Shown: one piece after another, positions 44,720-64,000 of the stretch
Numbering within the stretch: position 1 is the first letter of the stretch
Layout of the letters: the number at the start of each line of letters is the position of its first letter
Assembly: GCF_009914755.1 (NCBI RefSeq)
Contig: NC_060926.1
Origin: the human T2T-CHM13v2.0 reference genome, Homo sapiens
Reading direction: 5' to 3' (one strand)
DNA: 64,000 bases
The notes under the pieces: generated by a model
Told to the model about the DNA's origin: nothing
What the model saw: only the letters and a program-made list of their open reading frames with translations
Database searches by the model: none
Position numbers and translations under genes: made by a program

Positions 44720-45048
44720 AGAACAATTCCAATATCCATGGAAGGTTGGTTCCAGGACCTCTAGCAGATATCAAAATTCATAGATGCTTAAGTCCCTGAT
44801 ATAAAATGACACAGCATTTGCATATAACCTGTGCACATCCTCCTGTACACTTTAAATCATCTCTAGAATACTTGTAATACTTAATACAATGTAAATGCTA
44901 TTTAAATAGTTGTTATACTGTATTGTTTAGAGAATAATAATGCCCCCCCAAAAGTCTCTATGCATTCAGAATGTTTTCTTTTTCCAAAATTTTCTATCTG
45001 TGATTGAATTCGCAGATACAGAACCCACAGATACAAAGGGCCAACTCT
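44720..45048. mobile_element. MER2-like (Tigger-derived) MITE
   Basis: ggttccaggacc...gatgcttaagtccctgatataaaatg...gatacaaagggccaact. Confidence 0.75.
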
Positions 45049-45796
45049 ATGTGCGTCCCTTCTTGTCTATTAACAGAACCACAGTTTAGTGCAACCCAGA
45101 AATACGCCCATTTTAAAAATACACTCCTCAGATTCCCTAACAGTTAGGGGTAACCTGTGACACTGTTTTGCCAATAAGATTTAAGTACAATTCTTGGTGC
45201 TGAGGCCGATGGGAAAGCTGTTTTTTGACTGACGAGCAGGGTCAGACTCACCTGGCATGCACTAGTTTTCTTTTGCCATTCTTCCCTTTACTATGCCTGG
45301 AACACAGATGTAATGCCTGGGCCAGGGCAGCCATCTTGAGACTAAGCATATGGATCATGCACTAAGAAATGGTGAAGCTAGAGGAGTCTTAGCCTTTACT
45401 GATTTTCTTAATTTTTGTATTTTAAATTACTTTTTAATAATGTTAATGTATTATAATTATACAAGTAATTACAATGATTATATGACTTCTCCCTACGTAT
45501 CAAACATTTTTTCTATTTTTACTTTGCCAATTAATAATAAAGTTGGTTATTTTTTCATATGTTTATTGACCATTTATATCTTTTATTCTGTCTACTATCT
45601 GCTCATATCTCCACCCCACATTCATTTCTGGGCATTTGTAATGTACTATAGAAATGATTATTTGCCTCTTGTGTATGTTGTCAATATTTTCTCCAAGTTA
45701 TTTGTGGTGTCTTTGACCACGGAGATGAGTTGAAATTTATCGTCAGTCAAATATGTCAATCTCTTCCTTCCAGTTTCAACACCATTTATTGACTAA

Positions 45797-46175
<379 letters not shown>

Positions 46176-46308
46176 CTTCTCATTTTCTTTTCTTTACTTC
46201 CTAGGGTTTTTGTTTTGTCTTTGACTTTATTTGGTTTTGCTCTTCTTATGAAATGTAACATGCAGGAAATTATGTAAAACAAGCATACAGTTCAGCAAAT
46301 GGTGGTAA

Positions 46309-46769
<461 letters not shown>

Positions 46770-46957
46770 CTGCAATTTTTGTAACTTAATTTTTTACTTA
46801 TATCATGTTTGTTGGTTTTTATTATTGTATAACATTCTACCAAATGGCCATACTTCTGCTTACACATTCTGCTGTTGAAAGGGAATTAAGTATTTTCAAC
46901 TTTTGTCATTTAAGAACAAAGATGAAATGAACATTCTTATACACTATATTCTTGCGT

Positions 46958-53986
<7,029 letters not shown>

Positions 53987-54170
53987 TAGGAACCACTGAC
54001 AATGAAATCAGTAAGATATGCAAGTAGAAGTGGAAATTATAGGTTATAGAATATGCTAATCTTCAATTTTCTTAAATAATTCTATCTGTTTCTCAAAGTG
54101 TTGGTACCAATTTACATTTTTTCAGTCATGCATGCTCCTAACCTGGCCAACACTTAAGATTAGGCTTTCC

Positions 54171-54450
54171 TGCAGGGTGTGGGGGGTCACGCCTATAATC
54201 CCAACACTGTGGGAGATCAAGGTGGGAGGATCACTTGAACCTAGGAGTCTGAGACCAGGCTGGGTGACACTGCAAGTCCCTGTCTCTACAAAACAATTTA
54301 AAAATTAACCAGGTATGGTGGCATGCACCTATAGTCCCAGCTACTCTGGAGGCTGAGAAGAAAGGATCACTTGAGCCCAGGAGTTTGTGGTTACAGTGAG
54401 CTATGATCACACCACTGCACTCCAGCCTGAACAACAAAGCCAGACCTTGT
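54171..54450 (+). mobile_element. AluJ-like with a complex tail extending to ~54774
   Basis: TSD attaggctttcc at 54159-54170 and 54775-54786. Confidence 0.88.
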
Positions 54451-54476
54451 CTCTCTCTCTCTCTCTCTCTCGATAT

Positions 54477-54525
<49 letters not shown>
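54450..54525. repeat. (CT)n-CGATATATCG-(AG)n microsatellite forming a perfect palindrome
   Basis: Read directly; self-complementary over 54450-54501. Confidence 0.95.
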
Positions 54526-54527
<2 letters not shown>

Positions 54528-54789
54528 CCAAGGGTTTTATGTATTTTGCTTCCACTCTTTCAATCTCTACAGCCAAGGGCAAAAGTGCTCTTTTGACCCA
54601 CTATCCACAGTTATTCAATTGTTACAGAGTAAATTATCAAATTTGGCCACAATTTACTCCCCATCCCAAAACAGACTTTGCAAATCATGCAAAATATAAA
54701 TATATATATTTATATTTATATATATAAATGTTAAAATATATAGATAAATTTATATATATATATAAATTTTAAAAATTAGGCTTTCCAAA

Positions 54790-55900
54790 GTTTGCCTAAC
54801 GGGTGTGTAATAGTATAATTGTGACATTTTAATTTGCATTTTCATGACTACTGGTGAGGCTGAACTCCTTTTTATATGTTTGTTAGCCAATTCAATGTTT
54901 TGTTGTTGTTTGAGAAGTGTCTGAGTCTCTTAACCATTTTTCTGTTGAGTTGTTGACCTTTTGTTTATTGATCTATAGACCTTCTTTAGTCTGAATATCC
55001 TTTGATCATCACATATTCTGCAGATGTCTTCGCCTCTCATTGGCTTTTCTTTTCATCATTTTCATACTGACATATGATGAAAAGTTTTTAATTTTCATGT
55101 AGTCAGCTTCATGAATCTTGTTTTTTGTGACTACTGCTTTCAACAAAAAAATACTTTTTACCCAAGGTCACGAAGATATGTTCCTATATACTCTTCTAAA
55201 ATCTTTAGAGTTTTATGTATTACATTTAAGTCTTTAACCTACCTGGAAATTATTTTTCTATGTTATGAAGGAGAGATTTAATTTTATTTTTAGTATATAG
55301 ATAGCCAATTGTCTCACATTTTATTGAGAATTCCATCATTTCCCAACAGGATAAAGTTCCTCCTCTGCTATCAATATTTTCTGTTACCAAAATTGTGAGT
55401 TCTTTCTGAACTCCCTGTTATATCCACTGGTCTATTTGTCTAGCCTTGCACCAATACCACACTATTTTAATTCTGTAGCTTTGTGGTATGTCTTGATTTC
55501 TAGAAGAGCAAGTCCTCTCACCTCATTCTTTATATTCAACAGAGTTTTGGTTATTCCTGTCTTGGATAGTCCACACAAATTTTACAACCAGCTTATCAAT
55601 TTCCCTGAAAAGTGTAGTCTCTTTCCTCAATCAATCTGTTTCATTGTTCCTAAGTCAGTATCACACTGTTTCAGCTACTGCAGCTCTTTAGTATGCTTTG
55701 ATATCTGTAGAGCAAGCTGCCCCCATTCTTCTAAAATTCATTTGGATATTTTATATTTTTGTTATTTGTGATATATTTAGCCTATCATGTTTCATTAAAA
55801 TTATCCTTGGATTTAAAAAAATAATTGCATTTAATTTATAGCTTTGTTTCGCAAGAATTGGTAGTTTTATAATGTAATCTTCCCATTCACTTCCTTTTTT
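54790..55900 (-). mobile_element. Degenerate old L1M fragments
   Basis: ttaatttgcattttcatgact, tacatttaagtcttt, ccaataccacactattttaa. Confidence 0.6.
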
Positions 55901-58671
55901 ATGTCTATAGCAAAGTGTTAAGGCTGTTCTCTTCTACATATGTAGTGCTTTAATTCAATCAGATATTAGCAAAGTAGAAATATATCAATAATACATTATA
56001 CAGTATGTAATGAAACATATTCAACTGTGAAACATGCAGATTCAATAACACAGCAGGAATATAGGTATGAATACAAATCTATATCAACATTGAAAAGAGC
56101 TTTCTCAAATTATCAAACCTCCCAAGTGTTATCTACTTTTCAAAATCCATGTCAAACACAATAAGTTTCACTAATGCTGCCCCCTCATCCTTCTAAATAC
56201 TCCTACCTGCTCTTACTGATGTTCCCTAAAATCAGACCCCAAGAAAAACACATCAACATGGAAGAGAAAGGAGAGGTTTCAAAATATTAAATTACCCTCG
56301 GATCCATTTCTAGGTTGCTTTTCTGCTGTCGGTGATTTCTTATGGGACTTGGATATAGATTTATCTTCTAAGTGAGGTATTTCATTCAGTTTCATTGTTT
56401 GGAGGGTCCTGACTTTGGAATTCTGTGTCTCTTGATTTCTGTATTGAAATCAGAGAAGCCAAGGGTTCTATGTATTTTGCTTCTACTCTTTCAATCTCTA
56501 CAGCCAAGGGCAAAATTGCTCTTTTGACCCACTATCCACAGTTATTCAATTGTTACAGAGTAAATTATCAAATTTGGCCACAATTTACTCCCCATCCCAA
56601 AACAGACTTTGCAAATCATGGGTCTCAAAAAACACCACTCTTAAATTGCTGACTTCTAAGGAGCTTCCAATATGAGATAGAGCAATGCCTATTTCTTGTA
56701 TGGCTTGTCATCTAACTTTATAGGCAGTACCTCCAACCCTTGGCCTCACACACAAATTATATGTGTGTGTGTATGCACACGTGTGCATATGTATGTATTT
56801 GTACATTTTTTTCCAGGAAAATGGCCTCCAGATTTAAGTTTGAATTGATAAGTCCTTACACTGTTGTTAGTAGTAAGTCTTAGTGTTTGAAAATTACACA
56901 TTGCATGTATCCAGGTATACACATATATGTAAATATGAACATAGAGGATTTGCAATATAAAAGGTGGTTCTAGCTCAGATGACAATTTTTAAAATAGAAT
57001 ATATATTTCCATGTTTATTAATTTTCATAGAGCTGGTCTTGAGGGAGGAAGTTGTTGCATAACCTCTAGTTAGCAAGAGAAGTCTGCGTGGAGTAAGTGG
57101 CATTTTATGAAGTCCTGTAGATGCCAAACTAACTCACCTGAGCCATCCTTAACAATCATTTTTTAATATTTTTTTAAAAAATTGATTAAATAGTTCTAAG
57201 TGCTTTTCATAAGAGCAATCCAGAGATGCTTAATTCCTTTGACAGACTTTGAACTAATATCTAAGTCACCTTTCCATCATTATTACTGAAAGTATCTGGG
57301 ACCAAAATGGTTGTTTCACAAGAAAAAGAGAGTAAAGAGGAGAGACTTTGTCAGCAGTAACTTTTCAGGATCCATTATATAGCATCTGATGCTGAAAGTT
57401 TGACAACAGCAAATACAAGTAGGTAAATAATGAACAATTGTCCCATTGATTCCTAGATCCATTTCACTCACAGGACACTCTCTGGAGTGTAGGTCCTTTC
57501 CTGAAATCTAGTTCACTGTGGACTGTACAGTCTAGCTGACTCATTTAACATAGTTTGGAGGCCACTGAAAAACTAGGTCAGTTCTATCATCTCCAGTGAC
57601 CTTAGATATACTGAGGAAGGGCCAAGATGGCATGATGGGCCCTGAATTAACAGATAATATCAGACACAAACTGAAGTCCAACTTGATGCATTCCTGGGAT
57701 TATCATTTCAGTAGACACCTATCCAGAGTGGGCATGACCTGAAACTTGGTTAAACTTGAGAATAGCTTTTTCCAAAATGTAAGACTGGTTCCATAACACC
57801 TTTCTGGCTTCCTTTCCTCTTAAGTGAACAAGGGTACTGGGACTGGCCTTTCCCAATATGAGTTCTTGAGAATCATTAGTCTCACAAGTTGGTCCATGAG
57901 AAGAGGTTTCCCATTGTTAGCAAGTGTGGGAAATTCTGAACATTAAAACATTTCTGTGGGATTTGTAAACACATTCAATTGTAATGACCCCAAGAAGCAG
58001 AGCCTTGAAGTAAAATAAACCTACTGGCTTTGTTCTACTTTGCATATCTGAAAACTACACAACTGCAAAACAATGTATTTAAGTAATATCAGTTCATTTT
58101 GTTCCATAGCATATGCTTTGTGAATCCCTACCTTAACACTGTCCAGAGTGGCAACTCCAGACCTGCCCTGGTCTAAACCCAAATCCTTGGGACAGAAAGG
58201 GCAGAGGACAGAAATGGCATCCATGGCTGGGGAGAGAGGCTCAGATTACCATCCTCCCCACCTCTGATCTGCGTGCCATTTAATTTACAACTAAATGTGT
58301 TACTCTTAGAAGTTACTCCCCTGCTTTGGGATTCATTTTCCTCATCTGTAAAATGAGTGAGCTGAATGACCCTTTCAGCTCTGTCATTGCACCAAATATC
58401 CTTCCCATGGGTGAGTTTACTTTAGAATTTGACCTCTTCCCAGCCCCTTGGGCTGTTGAGTGACAGACAACACAGCTAATCCTCCATAAATAGATGTTCC
58501 ACATCTTGGGTCTCAGGATGAATTTATAGCTGAAGATTGACACTTAGTAACTTTTAAACAAGACTAATTTGACCTCCAAGAAAAAAATGTTATACTATTT
58601 CAAAACCATTATATTATGTTACATTACATTACATAGCAATGTTATATGTCTTATTTAAGAAATATGAATGA

Positions 58672-59018
<347 letters not shown>

Positions 59019-59437
59019 TAAAGCTAACCAATACTTACTGGTCAACTTCTCTGGACAAGACAACATGCAAGAAGAATTTCAATGAAACTTAGAGCTATTC
59101 CAGGAACCACTGGGGCTAATAACGACTTTTTACCTAAAATATTTGTTTCCTTTTGCTTTTCCTTTTTGTGAAAAGCAATAAAGGGCCTTTCAACATGACT
59201 AGTACATTTCCTCATTGGTCACAGGTGTGCATCATTTGATCACCCCAGGAGCTTAACACGTAGCAGAAATATTTGGTTCCTCTGTCATTTTGCTTAACTC
59301 TAAATGGTGGCAAAAGGAATATGATTCCAGCTGATTGAAAAAGATGATTCCAAGGCTGTAGAGACTTGGAGGAATCAAAAGTAAAATGAAAACCCAATTT
59401 AAATGCCCAGGAAAATATGAGTTTCAGGAAAGAGTAT

Positions 59438-59772
59438 TTGTTATGGACTGTATGTCTGTGTCCCTCCTAACCTCTAATGCAATGGTATTCGGAAATGGCA
59501 GCTTTGGGAGGTTTAGATAAGCTCATGAGAGTGGAGCCACCATGAAGGGATTAATATATCTATCAGTAGAGAAAGGACTAGAGCTCTCTATCAAGTGATG
59601 AATTAATCAGAAGACTGCCATCTGCAAACCATGAAGAGAGCTCTCACCAGACTCTAAATCTGCCAGCACCTTGATCTTGGACTTCCCAGCCTTCTGAACT
59701 ATGAGAAATACATTTCTGTTGTTCAAGCCTCTCAGTCTATCGTATCTTGGTATAGCAGCTCAAACTGACTAA
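59438..59772 (+). mobile_element. MLT1A/MST-like MaLR LTR
   Basis: tgttatggactg...gcaccttgatcttggacttcccagcc. Confidence 0.75.
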
Positions 59773-61992
59773 TAGTATTCTAAAAGACTATCCAAGGTAT
59801 GGTATTTTTTAGTGAGAAAAATGAGATAATAAACTAGTAATGTGCTAATCTCAAGTGAATATCCAAAACAAACCCAGGACCTGATTAGCAGTTTGGAACT
59901 GACTTCTACTTCCTGGAATAAGAAAAATAGTCCCACATGTAAGGAAGATTAAAATGCACTATTTCCACAGGCTAAATACCTGACATCCTTAGAATACCAA
60001 AAGGAATCCTCCTCCCCATCCCAGCTTAACTCACCTTAGTGGCTTTCTCTTTCTCTAGTTGCACAAAATGAGAATGAACACAGGGTCACAAGGCCCATTG
60101 TTGCTTTGCCATAGCCACTTAAAGGTTCAGACCAGGAGCCCTAACAGAGACCATTATTGGCATTTAGCTAGAGGTAACCCCAGATGGTGTTTATGTACAG
60201 TCTTCCCCTGGACCTTTGAATATATTCCCACCATTTATAAAGCTAGCACCTGCATCTCTGTGCCTGCGGCTCTTTCCCCAGGACTCAGGGAAGCAAGCTG
60301 CAGACCAGAAGTGCTAAGGAATTAACACACCTCACCTGTCACCAAATATAGCACTCAATCATGACTCTCAAGAGTTATTGTATTAATACCCCAGCAGCCT
60401 CCCACCTTGGTTGGGATCATTTTGAGCTTTGCACTTACCCCAGTTTTCCTGTGGCTTAGTGACTCCACCTTCTCTTCCCTGTACAACATGCCTTTCTTTT
60501 CTGGAGTTGCCTGCACTTCTTAATTTCATTTAAATCCTCTTGGCATCTGAATCTGAAACAACTCACACTAAGACTCATTAAATCCAATGGCTATATCACA
60601 ACATGAGCAAGGGAAGCACTCACAAACAGATACACTGCAAAGGCACTGGTTATTTAAAAAGTCTTATCTCTACCACACTCAGGCCCTCAAGAGGCCACTT
60701 GAACAGGCAGGACACAGTCTCATATTACTGACTGTCCATGCCATTTAGCCCACCTAACATGCTTTCCTCCATCTTCTCAGCCCATCTGCATCTAATTCCT
60801 TCCTAGAAGCTACATTGAAACCTAACCATGCTGTTCTCTAGGATAGTGGTTCCTGATAATGTTCCTGGTCTGAACCATTAGGTGGCCATGGCAAAGCAGC
60901 AATGGGCCTTGTGACTTTGCATTCACTCCCATTTTGTGCAACTAGATAAAGAGAAAGCCAATAAAGTGAGTTGAGGTGGGGTGGAGAAATAGAGATTGCT
61001 GAGCCCCTACCCAAAAGAGGGGCCCACAAATTTGCATTTTTTTAACAAGTTCCCAGGTGATCCTAATGCTGCTGGTTCTGGGACCACACCTGTGAGGATA
61101 CAAGAGGAAGATGGCTGTCTTCGAACTATGAAGAGAGCCCTCACCCACTCTTGGGTAGGGGCCCAGCAATCTCTATTTTCACAAGCCCACCAAGTGATTC
61201 TGATGTTAAAACAAAAAAAGCTTGAGAACCGCTGCTCTATGAAGTATTTCCTGTCAGCTCCAACCCCAGCTCCCCATTATCTTCCACATTCATTCAGTCA
61301 ACTCTCAGCACTACCTCCTACCTCTCCTCGTGCTAGCCTCTTTTCTTCTCCTCCATTGCTAGTGCTTTAATTCAGACCAATCAATATTTCTCACCTGAAT
61401 TATCAATACAGCCTCCCTACTCGTCTCCCTGAATCCAGGCCTCCAACTATTCTCCATCAGCTGCTAGAGTTACCTGTCTAGAAAGCCAATGTGTTAAGTT
61501 CCTCAAGTGTTTCAAGAAGTGCCTGAATAACTCCATCACAAGTAAATTCTGCAGGGTTTTTGAGGTCCCTCCAGTGGCCCTGCTTAAACAAGCAATGGGC
61601 TTGTGAAAAACAGCCCTTTACAGCAATATCAGAGCTCAGAGGAGACCATAGCTGAAAGCAATTCAGGCTGCAGCAGTGAAGGGTGAAGGGGGGCAGAGCT
61701 AAAGACAGATTTTTCTCATCTTTCACAGTATTCCCCAGGGCAGTTCTTACCCTCCAGGCTTAGTCAGCCCACCTGGCTTCTGCATCTACCATCCCTGGCT
61801 CTAGGATTTCTCATGTTCCTGAACTCTTCGAAATGAACTCCTTTGTAAACTAGACATAAATATTTGCCTTGTCTACTACATGGCACTGGTCCAGGCTCAC
61901 ATGAGAAAACATTTCCCACAGGCTTTGAAAGGTTTGGCATAAGGCAAAAGTAAGGTATTGTTGTTAAAAAAAAAATGTAATAATTATACTAG

Positions 61993-62359
<367 letters not shown>

Positions 62360-62729
62360 TAATTTTATTTACTTCTCTTAACATCTCATGAGTAAGATAT
62401 TATGATAATTCTACCTCTCTACATAAGAAAACTGAGGCACACAGATGTGGAAAAAACTGGCCCCAGGTTACACAACTTGCGAGTGATGGTACTGGGATTT
62501 AAACTCAGGTAGTGTCACTCAGAGTCCAAACTCCTTGCCCCTGTGTGCTGCTCCCTCACAGGCATGTCTGTGACTGTGTGTACTTGAAGGGCCTGACATG
62601 TCCTTGAGCAGGCCAATCAAGCTCTCTGTGCCGGGATCAGTCTGTTGCTCTATTGTCCATCCATCCATCCACCCATCATCCTCCATAGGTCATCATCCAT
62701 CCATCCACTCATCATCCTCCACAGGGCAA

Positions 62730-63240
62730 GTATGGTCTGAATGTTTATGCCCCACTAAATTCACGTGCTGAAACATAATACCCAGTGTAAGGATATTTGG
62801 GCTGGGTGTGGTGGCTTATGCCTTTAATCCCAGCACTTTGGGAGACCGAGGTGGGAGAATCACTTGAGGCCAGGAGTTTGAGACCATCCTGGTCAATGCA
62901 GTGAGGCTTCATCTCTATTAAAAAAAAAAATTTTTTTAAAGGATATTTGGAGATGGGCCTTTGGGGGTTGATTAGGTCATGAGGCTTTCATGAGTGGGGT
63001 TACTGCTATTTATAAAAGAGGATTGAGGGAGTTCACTTGTCCTGTCTGCCATGTGAGGTCACATTGAAAAGATGGCTATCTCTGAACCAAGAAGACTCTG
63101 AACTAGGGCCCTCAGCAGACACCAAATCTGCCAGCACCTGGATCTTGGAACTCCCAGCCCCCAGAACTGTAAGCAATAAATGTTTGTTGTTTTTAAACCA
63201 CCCAGTCTATGATATTTTGTCATAGCATTCCCAAACAGAG
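62730..63240 (+). mobile_element. MLT1A/MST-like LTR interrupted by a FLAM/left Alu monomer (62801-62930)
   Basis: TSD aaggatatttgg at 62789-62800 and 62939-62950. Confidence 0.75.
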
Positions 63241-63283
63241 CAGGACAGGGCCAGAGTGATGAAAATTCCTGTTGCTGGGGTCA

Positions 63284-63637
<354 letters not shown>

Positions 63638-64000
63638 ATACTAACAGTGTGGCCTTATACAAGTAACCTACTTGCTTTGGGTCTTGGATTCCTTATCTGC
63701 AAAGTGAGGATGATATTTGTTCCTGCCTCATAATGTTTTCTGCAGATTAAATGACAGGATTCATATAAAAAGCCTACCAGAGTGCCTAATACACCACAGT
63801 AATTGCTCAATAAATAGTGGTTATTGTTGTTATTTCTCTGGGGCAGTAGCAGTGGGGTCAGGTAAAGCAGTCCCTTGCCTTCAAAATGTGGAGAGTATAT
63901 TACAGGCACAATGCCTCGGGGGAACACTGGCAGCACTGAGAAAATGGTTCTGAGCCCTGAGCCCTCTCTGGGTCACTGGACAAGAACAAACAGGCTTAAG

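Noticed and set aside
58313-58543. Extra exon of the putative relic gene after the TM-like segment
   Set aside because: An acceptor is present at 58530, but the phase-0 frame stops at once and no good donor is evident; the left part is MIR-like.
62655-62725. CCAT-rich repeat with a short duplication
   Set aside because: Ordinary simple repeat.

Overview
Primate, most likely human, genomic DNA (Alu/L1PA-rich). The left 38 kb holds the 5' end of the nebulin gene (NEB) on the minus strand. It has two non-coding exons (~38240-37476), the start codon at 36921, and 15 coding exons (exons 3-17). All coding junctions are phase 0 with GT-AG ends and splice into one ORF: MADDEDYEEVVE..., then ~35-aa SxxxY nebulin modules. 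Intron 13 holds a full-length L1PA2-like element in NEB-sense orientation. Its target-site duplication appears to enclose an extra ~660 bp 3' transduction. The right 26 kb is upstream/intergenic: a full-length older L1PA5/6-like element inside an ERV1 LTR, many Alus and MaLR LTRs, and a 169-bp templated insertion at a 52-bp palindrome in an Alu tail. It also has a run of splice-bounded minus-strand segments (56.3-61.7 kb) that read like decayed Ig-domain and transmembrane exons of a lost gene, which is speculative. Exon numbers and repeat subfamily names are from recall, not database searches, and repeat boundaries are approximate.
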